64,000 nucleotides of DNA, taken from positions 3,100,318-3,164,317 of the forward strand of contig OY730441.1 in assembly GCA_963422665.1 (NCBI GenBank), given 5' to 3'. Position numbers and translations under genes: made by a program. The notes under the pieces are model-generated. The model was not told the DNA's origin and searched no databases. It was given only the letters and a program-made list of their open reading frames with translations. This DNA comes from Alphaproteobacteria bacterium (GTDB lineage: Bacteria > Pseudomonadota > Alphaproteobacteria > Bin95). Positions 21,311 through 29,530 of the stretch are shown one piece after another (position 1 is the first letter of the stretch; every line of letters begins with the position of its first letter).

Positions 21311-21341
21311 TTGAAAACATCCTTTTGTTCTATATATGTTT
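21311..21341 (+). promoter_or_regulatory. AT-rich candidate promoter (TTGAAA-16-TATATG) overlapped by an SOS-box-like GTTC-N7-GTTT
   Basis: The sequence cTTGAAAacatccttttGTTCtatatatGTTTCtacc is the only strongly AT-rich patch in this intergenic region. Sequence match only. Confidence 0.3.
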
Positions 21342-21494
21342 CTACCGCCCTTCGAGGAAGCGAAGGAAGGCATGATCTGGACCTGACGATCCGGCGGACC
21401 GCTGCGGCGCGCACAAGGCCCCGCACCGGTCATGCCGCAGCGAACGCGGGCCGGCTGTTCACCGGGCAGCAGACGGGAGAAGTGCGCGCGCGCG

Positions 21495-21750
21495 GCGCGT
21501 GGCGGCGTTCGGTTCGCCGGCGGAAGGGCGGCCCGGCGGTGGCGGGCAGGGCGGAATGCTGCATTCGGGTTTGGCGTTGCGAAGGACGGCCGGATCGACC
21601 CGGCAGCGCGGCGGCGGGGCGGAATGTTGCGTTCGGATTCGACGTTGCGGCGGCCGCGCCGGCGCGGCCGGAGGACGGCCGGATCGACCCGGCGGCGCGG
21701 CGGCGGGCGGGGATGTTGCGTTCGGATTCGGCGTTGCGGCGGCGGCGACT
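21495..21750 (+). repeat. tandem direct repeats, about 3.5 copies of a 68-88 bp unit
   Basis: Full copies start at 21550 (68 bp) and 21618 (88 bp). A partial copy starts at 21706 and a degenerate one at about 21495. Shared blocks are GGCGGAATGYTGC-TTCGG-TT-G-CGTTGCG and GGACGGCCGGATCGACCCGGCRGCGCGGCGGCGG. Copy 2 carries an extra perfect 18-nt palindrome GGCCGCGCCGGCGCGGCC (21652-21669). Confidence 0.7.
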
Positions 21751-21767
21751 CAATCGGAGGAGGAACG

Positions 21768-22235
21768 ATGGCGAAGGAATCGGCAGGCGGAACGAAGGGC
21801 GGCCCGGCGGGCGGGCTGCCGGCGTTGCGGCGGGGCCGCCCGGTCGGCGTGGACCTGCGGGCCGCGGCGGTGGCGGCGGTGGTGGAGCGGGGCATGAGCG
21901 CCGCCGCCGCGGCCCGGCATTTCGGGCTGGAGGCGTCCAGCGTCGGCCTCTGGGTGCGGCGCTTTCGCGAGCGCGGCCATGTGCGGCCCGACCCGATGGG
22001 CGGCAGCGCCTCGCGGATCGAGCCGGAGCGGGAGCGCATTTTCCGCATTCTGGAGGCGCAGCCGGCGATTTCGGCCCGGAAGCTGCGCGATGCGCTGGCC
22101 GCCCAGGGACTGGCGTTCGACGCGACCACGGTGCAGCGTTTCCTGAAGCGCCACGGCCTGGACCGCGCCCGGCGCCTCGCCCGCCTCCGCCGCAAGCGCA
22201 AATCCGGGCCCCGCAACCCGCCCCGCCCCGTCTGA
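21768..22235 (+). CDS. stand-alone IS630-family transposase N-terminal HTH domain protein (no DDE domain)
   Basis: 155 aa behind GGAGGAGG. The pattern DLRAAAVAAVVERGMSAAAAARHFGLEASSVGLWVRRFRERGHV...MGG...IEPERERIFRIL...TVQRFLKRHGL resembles the first ~130 aa of IS630-type transposases. The ORF stops, and only 189 bp follow before phoX. Confidence 0.6.
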   Translation: MAKESAGGTKGGPAGGLPALRRGRPVGVDLRAAAVAAVVERGMSAAAAARHFGLEASSVGLWVRRFRERGHVRPDPMGGSASRIEPERERIFRILEAQPAISARKLRDALAAQGLAFDATTVQRFLKRHGLDRARRLARLRRKRKSGPRNPPRPV

Positions 22236-22267
22236 CCCGCCCGAAGCGCCTCCCCCTGCCGCCCCGG

Positions 22268-22291
22268 CCGGAGCAGAGCAGCCTGCTCCGG
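22268..22291 (+). terminator. stem-loop downstream of the HTH gene
   Basis: CCGGAGCAG-agcagc-CTGCTCCGG, a 9-bp perfect stem 33 nt after the stop. No U-tract. Confidence 0.3.
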
Positions 22292-22424
22292 CTCCCGATC
22301 CGGGGAAGAGCCGGGGCGGGGCGGCGGACCGTCCGCGAAACGCATCTGTCATCGAAGCGATAATGGAGTATCATCCAGGTTCGGCATCTGCCGCTGCACA
22401 TGGTGACGGAACCGGAGGAGCTTC

Positions 22425-24308
22425 ATGCCCGATCACGCCAGCGAACTTTCGTTCGATGAATTCGACGAGCTGAACGACCCGCGCGACGAGCCGACCGCCT
22501 TCGAGCGCATCGTCTCCCGCCGCCGCTTTCTGGGCGGCGCGGCCGCCCTCGGCGCCGCCGGCGCGTTCTTCGGCCTGGGCGCGTTCCGCCCGGCGCATGC
22601 GGCCGGCATGGGGGGCCTCGACTTCGAGCCCGTCGCCGCCAACAGCCTGGACACGGTGACCGTGCCGCCGGGCTTCTCCTGGCATAATGTCATCGCCTGG
22701 GGCGACCCGCTCTGGTCCGACGGCAAGCCGTTCGACCACGAGACGCGCGGCACCGGCGCCAGCCAGGAGCGCGCCTTCGGCGACAACAATGACGGCATGG
22801 CCGCCTTCTTCGTTGACGGCAGGACCGTCCTCGCCGTCAACAACGAATATGTGAACCTGTCGATCATCTACGGCAACCGCGCCTCCGGCCTGCCCGAGAA
22901 CGCCGACGATGTGCGCAAGGGCAAGGCCGGCCACGGCGTCAGCGTCTTCGAGGTCGAGATGAAGGACGGCGCGTGGCGGGCGGTCGTCGACTCCCCCTTC
23001 AACAGGCGCATCACCGCGGACACGCCGATGGAGATCACCGGGCCGGCGCGCGGCCACGACATGCTGAAGACCGCGGCGGACCCGACCGGCGCGGCGGCGC
23101 TCGGCACCTGGAACAATTGCGGCAACGGCGAGACGCCCTGGGGCACCTATCTCGCCTGCGAAGAGAATTTCCACGGCTATTTTTCGTCCTCGGACCCGGA
23201 CCATGCCGTGTCGGACGCGATGAAGCGCTACGGCGTCGGGCCGAAGGACCGGGGCTACGCCTGGGCGACGGCGGACGAACGCTTCGACATCTCGAAGCAC
23301 CCGAACGAGCCGAACCGGGCGGGCTATGTCGTCGAGATCGACCCGCTCGACCCGGGTTCGACGCCGAAGAAGCGCACCGCGCTCGGCCGCTTCAAGCATG
23401 AGAACGCCGAAGTCGTGGTCGCCGCCAACGGGCATGTCGTGGTCTATATGGGCGACGACGAGCGCGGCGAGTTCCTCTACCGCTTCGTCTCCGAAGGCCG
23501 CCATGTCGAGGGCGGCGACAATTCCGGTCTTCTGGAATCGGGCTCGCTCTCCGTCGCGCGGTTCGCCGAGGACGGCAGCGGCGAGTGGCTGGCGCTGACG
23601 CCGGAGACGACCGGCATGACGTCCCCGGCCGAGATCGCGGTGCTCACCCGCATGGCCGGCTCGGCCGTGGGCGCGACCACCATGGACCGCCCGGAATGGG
23701 TCGCCGCGCATCCGCAGCGGGCCGAGGTCTATTGCTGCCTCACCAACAACAAGAACCGGGGCAGGAAGCCGAACAAGGGCGGCGACCCGACCCCGGTGGG
23801 CGGCCCCAATCCGCGAGAGGGCAACAAATACGGCCAGATCGTGCGCTGGCGGCCCGCGGGCGGCGACCACTCGGCCGCGGGCTTCGCGTGGGACCTGTTC
23901 GTGGTGGCCGGCAATCCGGCGGTGCACAGCGACGCCAATGCCGGCTCCGCCAATGTTAACCCGGACAACATGTTCAACTCGCCGGACGGGCTGGCGTTCG
24001 ACAGCAAGGGCGGCCTCTGGATCCAGACCGACGGCAAATACACCAACGAGGGCGACTTCGCCGGCCAGGGCAACAACCAGATGCTCTACGCCGACCCCGA
24101 CACGGGCGGGATCGCCCGCTTCCTCACCGGCCCGAAGGAGTGCGAAGTGACCGGGCTCTGCTGGTCGATGGACCGCAGGACCATGTTCGTCGGTCTCCAG
24201 CATCCGGGCGAGAAGGGCGGCAGCAGCCATTTCCCCGGCGGCGGCGGCACCGCGCCGCGCTCGACCGTGATCGCCGTCACCCGCGACGGCGGCGGCGAGA
24301 TCGGCTGA
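22425..24308 (+). CDS. phoX: PhoX-family alkaline phosphatase (DUF839)
   Basis: Twin-arginine signal (SRRRFLGGAAALGAAGAF) and a PhoX-like body (NNCGNGETPWGTYLACEEN, RFKHENAEVV). GGAGGAG lies before the ATG. Confidence 0.88.
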   Translation: MPDHASELSFDEFDELNDPRDEPTAFERIVSRRRFLGGAAALGAAGAFFGLGAFRPAHAAGMGGLDFEPVAANSLDTVTVPPGFSWHNVIAWGDPLWSDGKPFDHETRGTGASQERAFGDNNDGMAAFFVDGRTVLAVNNEYVNLSIIYGNRASGLPENADDVRKGKAGHGVSVFEVEMKDGAWRAVVDSPFNRRITADTPMEITGPARGHDMLKTAADPTGAAALGTWNNCGNGETPWGTYLACEENFHGYFSSSDPDHAVSDAMKRYGVGPKDRGYAWATADERFDISKHPNEPNRAGYVVEIDPLDPGSTPKKRTALGRFKHENAEVVVAANGHVVVYMGDDERGEFLYRFVSEGRHVEGGDNSGLLESGSLSVARFAEDGSGEWLALTPETTGMTSPAEIAVLTRMAGSAVGATTMDRPEWVAAHPQRAEVYCCLTNNKNRGRKPNKGGDPTPVGGPNPREGNKYGQIVRWRPAGGDHSAAGFAWDLFVVAGNPAVHSDANAGSANVNPDNMFNSPDGLAFDSKGGLWIQTDGKYTNEGDFAGQGNNQMLYADPDTGGIARFLTGPKECEVTGLCWSMDRRTMFVGLQHPGEKGGSSHFPGGGGTAPRSTVIAVTRDGGGEIG

Positions 24309-24445
24309 TCCCGCGCGGTCGGCTGTTCGGGGCAAGGGGGTGCATGGGCGGGCGGCCATCGTCTCCCCTCCCGCCGCTCCGCTATGGGCATGGCGTCCCG
24401 CTGCCTGTATATCGGGGCGAGCGGGTTGGCGGGAAGGATGCGGGG

Positions 24446-26095
24446 CACGTGCCGGAAGAAGCGGTCAAGCAGCGCCGTCGGGGGCGCACCCGGCCCAAGG
24501 GCCGCCAGGTCGAGCCGGAGGCGCTGGCGGACGTGCAGGCGCTGCTCGGCGCTGCGCCGCGCCGCCGGGAACTCCTGATCGAGTATCTGCACCTGGTCCA
24601 GGAGCGCTTCGGGCATCTCTCCGCCCGGCATCTGGCGGCCCTGGCGCAGGAAATGCGGCTCGCCATGGCCGAAGTCTGGGAGGTCGCGACCTTCTACGTG
24701 CATCTGGACACGGTGAAGGAAGACGAGGCGCCGCCGCCGGCGCTCACCTTGCGCGTCTGCGACAGCCTCTCCTGCGAGCTGGCGGGCGCGCCGGCGCTGC
24801 TGGACTCCCTGCGCTCCGCTTTCCCCGGCGCGCGCGTCGTCACCGCCCCCTGCATGGGCCGCTGCGACTGCGCGCCGGTCGTGGAGGCCGGGCGACGGCA
24901 TGTGGACCGGGCGACGGCGGACAGGGTGCGCGCGGCCGTCCCGGACATGTCCGGGCGCGCCGTTCCGACGACGCCGGAAGGGGACTATGCGCAGTTTCGC
25001 ACTTGTCTCGAAGGGCGGCGCAGCCGCGAGGAAGTCGCGCGCGAGATCGAGGAGGCGGGCTTGCGCGGCATGGGCGGCGCCGGCTTCCCGAGCGCGCGCA
25101 AATGGGGCTTCGTGCGCGCCGGGCCGAAGCCGCGCCACCTGGCCGTCAATGCCGACGAGGGCGAGCCCGGCACCTTCAAGGACCGCCATTTCCTGGAGAC
25201 CGCGCCCGGCGCCGTGCTGGAAGGCGCGCTGATCGCCGCTTGGGCGGTCGAGGCGGAGACGGTCACGATCTATCTCCGCGACGAATATCCCGATGCGCGG
25301 GAGATCGTGGCCGCCGAAATCGCCCGGCTGGGCGATCTGGCGCCGCCGGGCGGCGTGCATCTGCGCCGGGGCGCGGGCGCCTATATCTGCGGCGAGGAGT
25401 CGGCGATGCTGGAGAGCATCGAGGGCAAGCGGGGCTTGCCGCGCCACCGGCCGCCCTATGTGGCGCAGGTCGGCCTCCACGGGCGGCCGACGCTTGTCCA
25501 CAATGTCGAGACGCTCTACTGGGTGCCCGCGATCCTGGAGCGCGGCGCGGCCTGGTTCGCGGATGCCGGACGCCACGGCGGCACGGGCTGGCGGGCCTAT
25601 TCCGTCTCCGGCCGGGTGAGGGAGCCGGGCGTGAAGATCGCGCCCGCCGGCGTCACCGCGCGCGAGCTGATCGAGGAGTTCTCGGGCGGCATGGCCGAAG
25701 GCCGGCGGTTCAAGGCCTATCTGCCGGGCGGCGCTTCGGGCGGCATATTGCCGGCCGGCCTGGCGGACATCCCGCTCGATTTCGGCAAGCTGGAGCCGCA
25801 TGGCTGCTTCACCGGCTCGGGCGCGGTGGTCGTGCTGGCGGAAGGCGACGATATCGGCGCGGCGGCGCTCAACCTGATGCGCTTCTTCGCCTATGAAAGC
25901 TGCGGGCAATGCACGCCCTGCCGCGTCGGCACCGAGAAGGCGGCCCGGCTGATGGCGGAGCCCGCATGGAACCGGGAGGTGCTGGAGGACCTGGCGACCG
26001 TCATGGCGGATGCCTCGATCTGCGGCCTCGGTCAGGCCGCCCCCAACCCGCTCCGCTGCGCGATGCGGTATTTCCCCGAGGATGTGGGGCTGTGA
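24446..26095 (+). CDS. NuoE/NuoF-fusion flavoprotein (NAD-dependent formate dehydrogenase beta subunit-like)
   Basis: NuoE-like 2Fe-2S cysteines (CDSLSC...CMGRC), NuoF-like FMN/NADH region (GLRGMGGAGFPSARKW, ADEGEPGTFKDR) and 4Fe-4S cysteines (ESCGQCTPCR). GTG at 24446 chosen because third-position GC rises there. ATG at 24344 is an alternative start. Confidence 0.8.
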   Translation, partial: HVPEEAVKQRRRGRTRPKGRQVEPEALADVQALLGAAPRRRELLIEYLHLVQERFGHLSARHLAALAQEMRLAMAEVWEVATFYVHLDTVKEDEAPPPALTLRVCDSLSCELAGAPALLDSLRSAFPGARVVTAPCMGRCDCAPVVEAGRRHVDRATADRVRAAVPDMSGRAVPTTPEGDYAQFRTCLEGRRSREEVAREIEEAGLRGMGGAGFPSARKWGFVRAGPKPRHLAVNADEGEPGTFKDRHFLETAPGAVLEGALIAAWAVEAETVTIYLRDEYPDAREIVAAEIARLGDLAPPGGVHLRRGAGAYICGEESAMLESIEGKRGLPRHRPPYVAQVGLHGRPTLVHNVETLYWVPAILERGAAWFADAGRHGGTGWRAYSVSGRVREPGVKIAPAGVTARELIEEFSGGMAEGRRFKAYLPGGASGGILPAGLADIPLDFGKLEPHGCFTGSGAVVVLAEGDDIGAAALNLMRFFAYESCGQCTPCRVGTEKAARLMAEPAWNREVLEDLATVMADASICGLGQAAPNPLRCAMRYFPEDVGL

Positions 26096-26135
26096 CGATG
26101 CGGATAAAGCCGGTGCGAAAACCGCCGGCGACGGT

Positions 26136-26399
26136 TCAGGGAATGAGTTTTACGGCTGCGACCGTCAGGCCCACGATGGCGATAGCGACGGCGTAGAGTT
26201 TGTTCGTCATGCGCAATTCGAGCTCGGCGAGGTCCGTTTTGGTCGCAAGCACGGCAAGGTCCGCCTTGGTCGCGAGCTCCTCCCGCCCTGCGGCGGCGGC
26301 CCGCACGGTGTTGGCGATGGCTTCCGCATGCGCAGGCTCCACGCCAGCGTCCTTGAGGGCGCTGGCGACGGCGAGCGTATCGAAGACGATTTTAGCCAT
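26136..26399 (-). CDS. DUF1640 (CCDC90-like) small membrane-anchored protein
   Basis: 87 aa (MAKIVFDTLAVASALKDAGVEPAHAEAIANTV...ATKADLAVLATKTDL...AAVKLIP). Paralogue of 11549..11806. Confidence 0.6.
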   Translation of the reverse strand: MAKIVFDTLAVASALKDAGVEPAHAEAIANTVRAAAAGREELATKADLAVLATKTDLAELELRMTNKLYAVAIAIVGLTVAAVKLIP

Positions 26400-26462
26400 G
26401 GATTGCTTTCTACCGCTACCCCCGACGCCCGTGCAAGTCCCGAAGCCGCCCGCCGGCCCCGC

Positions 26463-28145
26463 CTATCCGCGCGTCAGCGGCTTGTAGCGGATGCGGTGGG
26501 GGCGGTCGGCTTCTGCGCCGAGGCGGCGGCGGCGATCGGCTTCGTAGTCGGCATAGTTGCCCTCGAACCACTCCACATGGCTGTCGCCCTCGAAGGCGAG
26601 GATGTGGGTCGCGATCCGGTCCAGGAACCAGCGGTCGTGGCTGATGACCAGCACGGAGCCGGCGAAGGCCAGCAGCGCCTCTTCCAGCGAGCGCAGCGTC
26701 TCGATATCGAGGTCGTTGGTCGGCTCGTCCAGCAGCAGCAGGTTGGCGCCGGACTTGAGCATCTTCGCCAGGTGGACCCGGTTGCGCTCGCCGCCCGAGA
26801 GGGAGCCGACCTTCTTCTGCTGGTCCGGTCCCTTGAAGTTGAAGGTCGAGACATAGGCCCGGCTGGCGACCTCGCGCCCGCCGAGCGCGATGGCGTCGAG
26901 GCCGCCGGAAATCTCCTGCCAGACGGTCTTGTCCGCATCGAGAGCGTCGCGGCTCTGGTCCACCGCGCCGATCTTCACCGTCTCGCCGACCTGCAGCGCG
27001 CCCTTGTCGGGCGCCTCCTCGCCGGTCAGCATCCGGAAGAGCGTCGTCTTGCCGGCGCCGTTCGGCCCGATCACGCCGACGATGCCCGCAGGCGGGAGGC
27101 GGAAGGAGACGCCCTCCATCAACAGCCGGTCGCCGAAGGCCTTGGCCACGCCCTTCGCCTCGACCACCACATCGCCGAGCCTCGGCCCCGGCGGGATGAC
27201 GATCCCGGCCGCGCCCGGCGCCCGGCGCGCGCCCTCGGCCAGCAGCTCCTCATAGGCCCGGAGCCGCGCCCGGCTCTTGGCCTGCCGGGCGCGCGGGCTC
27301 TGGCGGACCCATTCGAGCTCGCGCTGCAGCACCTTGCGGCGCGCGCTCTCCTGCTTCTCCTCCACGGCGAGGCGGCGCTCCTTCTGCTCCAGCCAGGAGG
27401 AGTAGTTGCCCTCGAACGGCACGCCGCGCCCGCGGTCGAGCTCCAGTATCCAGCCGGCGACATTGTCGAGGAAGTAGCGGTCATGGGTGACAGCCACCAC
27501 CGTGCCCTCATATTGCTCCAGGAAGCGCTCCAGCCAGGCGACGCTCTCCGCGTCCAGATGGTTGGTCGGCTCGTCCAGCAGCAGCAGGTCCGGCCGGGAC
27601 AGCAGCAGGCGGCAGAGCGCCACCCGCCGGCGCTCGCCGCCGGAAAGCGTGTCCGTGCCGGCGTCGCCGGGCGGGCAGCGCAGCGCGTCCATCGCGATCC
27701 CGACCATGCGCTCCAGCTCCCAGCCGTTCGCCGCGTCGATCCGCTCCTGGAGCGCGCCCTGTTCCTCGATCAGCGCGTCCATCTCCTCGCCGGTCAGCTC
27801 CTCGGCGAAGCGCGCGCTCACTTCGTTGAAGCGTTCCAGCAGCCGCGCCGTCCCGGCCACGCCCTGCATGACATTGCCCATGACGTCGCGCGCGGGATCG
27901 AGCTCGGGCTCCTGCGGCAGGTGGCCGATGCGCACGCCGTCCGCGGCCCATGCCTCGCCGTCGAACTCGGTCTCGATGCCCGCCATGATGCGCATGAGCG
28001 TCGATTTGCCGGCCCCGTTCGGCCCGAGCACGCCGATCTTGGCCCCCGGCAGGAAGGCGAGGCGGATATTGTCCAGCACCCTGCGCCCGCCCGGATACGC
28101 CTTGGCGAGACCGTGCATGACATAGACATATCGATGTGCAGCCAT
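26463..28145 (-). CDS. ettA: energy-dependent translational throttle protein EttA (ABC-F)
   Basis: Two ABC cassettes ([18 protein letters not shown]; [22 protein letters not shown]). Start set to the ATG at 28143-28145 ([13 protein letters not shown]), as in EttA N-termini. Confidence 0.9.
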   Translation of the reverse strand: MAAHRYVYVMHGLAKAYPGGRRVLDNIRLAFLPGAKIGVLGPNGAGKSTLMRIMAGIETEFDGEAWAADGVRIGHLPQEPELDPARDVMGNVMQGVAGTARLLERFNEVSARFAEELTGEEMDALIEEQGALQERIDAANGWELERMVGIAMDALRCPPGDAGTDTLSGGERRRVALCRLLLSRPDLLLLDEPTNHLDAESVAWLERFLEQYEGTVVAVTHDRYFLDNVAGWILELDRGRGVPFEGNYSSWLEQKERRLAVEEKQESARRKVLQRELEWVRQSPRARQAKSRARLRAYEELLAEGARRAPGAAGIVIPPGPRLGDVVVEAKGVAKAFGDRLLMEGVSFRLPPAGIVGVIGPNGAGKTTLFRMLTGEEAPDKGALQVGETVKIGAVDQSRDALDADKTVWQEISGGLDAIALGGREVASRAYVSTFNFKGPDQQKKVGSLSGGERNRVHLAKMLKSGANLLLLDEPTNDLDIETLRSLEEALLAFAGSVLVISHDRWFLDRIATHILAFEGDSHVEWFEGNYADYEADRRRRLGAEADRPHRIRYKPLTRG

Positions 28146-28245
28146 GGCGCCGCTCATACCCTGCCGGCCGCTTCGCCGCAACGCAGCGGCGCGCGCGGCG
28201 GCGACCGGCTATACTCGCCCGGCGATGCAAGAGGGAGATACGGTC

Positions 28246-28662
28246 ATGGAAGTCCCGTTCGGCGGCGGCTGCGCGTGCGGCGCCATTCGCTACGAGGTCA
28301 CCGGCGCACCGCGCTATATGGGCAATTGCCATTGCCGCGACTGCCAGCAGGCGACCGGCAGCGCCTATTTTCCGGCCGTGGTGGTGAGAGAGAGCGAGTT
28401 CACCCTGCTCAGCGGCGAGCCGGGCTGGTTCGAAAGGCCCGCAGACAAGGGACACCCGATGCGGCGGGCCTTCTGCCCCTCATGCGGCTCGCCGGTGTTC
28501 CTCGTCAATGGGGCGAACGAGTCGGTCCGGGCGCTCTACGCGGGCAGTCTGGACGATCCGGGCGGCTACACGCCAAGCCGCGATATCTTCGTCGGCAGCG
28601 CCCAGCCCTGGAACCCGATGCACCCGGACCTTCCCAAGGACGAGGGTATGCCGGGGCGGTAG
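28246..28662 (+). CDS. GFA-family (glutathione-dependent formaldehyde-activating-like) zinc protein
   Basis: Cys clusters GGCACGAIRY, CHCRDC and CPSCGSP. ATG at 28246 behind GAGGGAG. Confidence 0.8.
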   Translation: MEVPFGGGCACGAIRYEVTGAPRYMGNCHCRDCQQATGSAYFPAVVVRESEFTLLSGEPGWFERPADKGHPMRRAFCPSCGSPVFLVNGANESVRALYAGSLDDPGGYTPSRDIFVGSAQPWNPMHPDLPKDEGMPGR

Positions 28663-28674
28663 GACCGGTCGTCT

Positions 28675-29127
28675 TCAGGCGGCCCTGGCCCGTCGGCGCT
28701 CCAGGCCGCGGGCGAAGTTGTCGAGCGTGATCTTGCGGTCGAGCGACAGGTCCTCGCGGAGGATGTCGTAAACCTCGCCGTCCACCGCCTGCATCGAGAG
28801 CAGGATGATCGCGCCTTCCGGCCCGCCGCCTTCGACATGGGTCTCGTCGCCCCGGTTCTCGGAGAAGGCGCCGGCCGGGCGGATGTCGGGGGGCCCCAGC
28901 GTCCCGTCGGGCGCAGGCTTGTAGATGCGGTGCTCGCCCTCGAGCACCAGCGTCTTGGTGACGCCGACATGGGTGTGCGGCGCGCATCTGGCGTCCGGGT
29001 CGAACTTCATCAGCATATCGACCCGGTTGAGCTCCCGGTCCACGCTCTGGATGGCGTAGTAGAGGCCCTCGAAACCGTTGAACGGGGCCCAGTCGATGGC
29101 GCGGTCGTCGAATTTGTATGCGGTCAC
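28675..29127 (-). CDS. cupin domain protein (ChrR-like cupin)
   Basis: 150 aa with a cupin His motif region (APHTHVGVTKTLVLEGEH). Confidence 0.6.
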   Translation of the reverse strand: MTAYKFDDRAIDWAPFNGFEGLYYAIQSVDRELNRVDMLMKFDPDARCAPHTHVGVTKTLVLEGEHRIYKPAPDGTLGPPDIRPAGAFSENRGDETHVEGGGPEGAIILLSMQAVDGEVYDILREDLSLDRKITLDNFARGLERRRARAA

Positions 29128-29272
29128 GGCGGTTCGCTCCTTCCTGCGAGTCGGGAATCGACCGCCAGTAGAGCGCAGGACCGGAGGGACGGGAAGGGCG
29201 AACGGGTTTGCATCGACCGGCTATCCGCCATAGGGTGGATCGGTCAATCTTGAATCTACCCTTGGATCGGCA

Positions 29273-29530
29273 ATGGGCCTCAACATCGAGAATGAAGAGA
29301 CCTGCCGGATTGCCCGCGAACTCGCGCGATTGACCGGCGAGACGATGACCGGCGCCATCCCGGTCGCGTTGCGCGAACGGCTGGATCGGGAAAGGCGCGC
29401 GCGGGACAAGGAAGCCCGACTGCGGGAGCTCCGCGCCATTGCCTACAGTTGCGCCGGGCTCATGGGGCCGGGGCCGTCCGCCGTAGAGCACGGCGATTTC
29501 CTGTATGACGAACGGGCAGAACGGCGATGA
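29273..29530 (+). CDS. vapB: VapB-family (Rv0623/PSK-like) type II antitoxin, orphan
   Basis: MGLNIENEETCRIARELARLTGETMTGAIPVALRERLDRE... and the C-terminal ...HGDFLYDE match the pattern of this antitoxin family. No PIN gene follows. Confidence 0.65.
   Translation: MGLNIENEETCRIARELARLTGETMTGAIPVALRERLDRERRARDKEARLRELRAIAYSCAGLMGPGPSAVEHGDFLYDERAERR

Noticed and set aside
21372-21386. Four-codon ORF ATG ATC TGG ACC TGA behind GAAGGAAGG
   Set aside because: Too short to evaluate, with no attenuator-like alternative structures seen. Mentioned only as part of the leader.
21350-21400. SRP (4.5S) RNA-like strings (GGACCUGAC / GAAGGAAGG)
   Set aside because: The pieces are in the wrong order and orientation relative to the conserved GGUCAGGUCCGGAAGGAAGCAGCC domain IV. 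No GNRA-closed helix can be drawn.
21495-21750. Possible CRISPR array
   Set aside because: The units abut head to tail without unique spacers, the unit length varies (68 vs 88 bp), and no cas genes are nearby. Treated as a tandem repeat instead.
22346-22385. Pho box upstream of phoX (CTGTCAT next to GATAAT)
   Set aside because: Only one heptamer half-site is present. The positions 11 bp up- and downstream do not resemble TGTCA, so a PhoB site cannot be supported from sequence alone.
24344-24445. N-terminal extension of the FdsB-like gene from the ATG at 24344
   Set aside because: The extension (MGGRPSSPLPPLRYGHGVPLPVYRGERVGGKDAGH) has visibly lower third-position GC and is not protein-like. 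Retained only as an alternative start.
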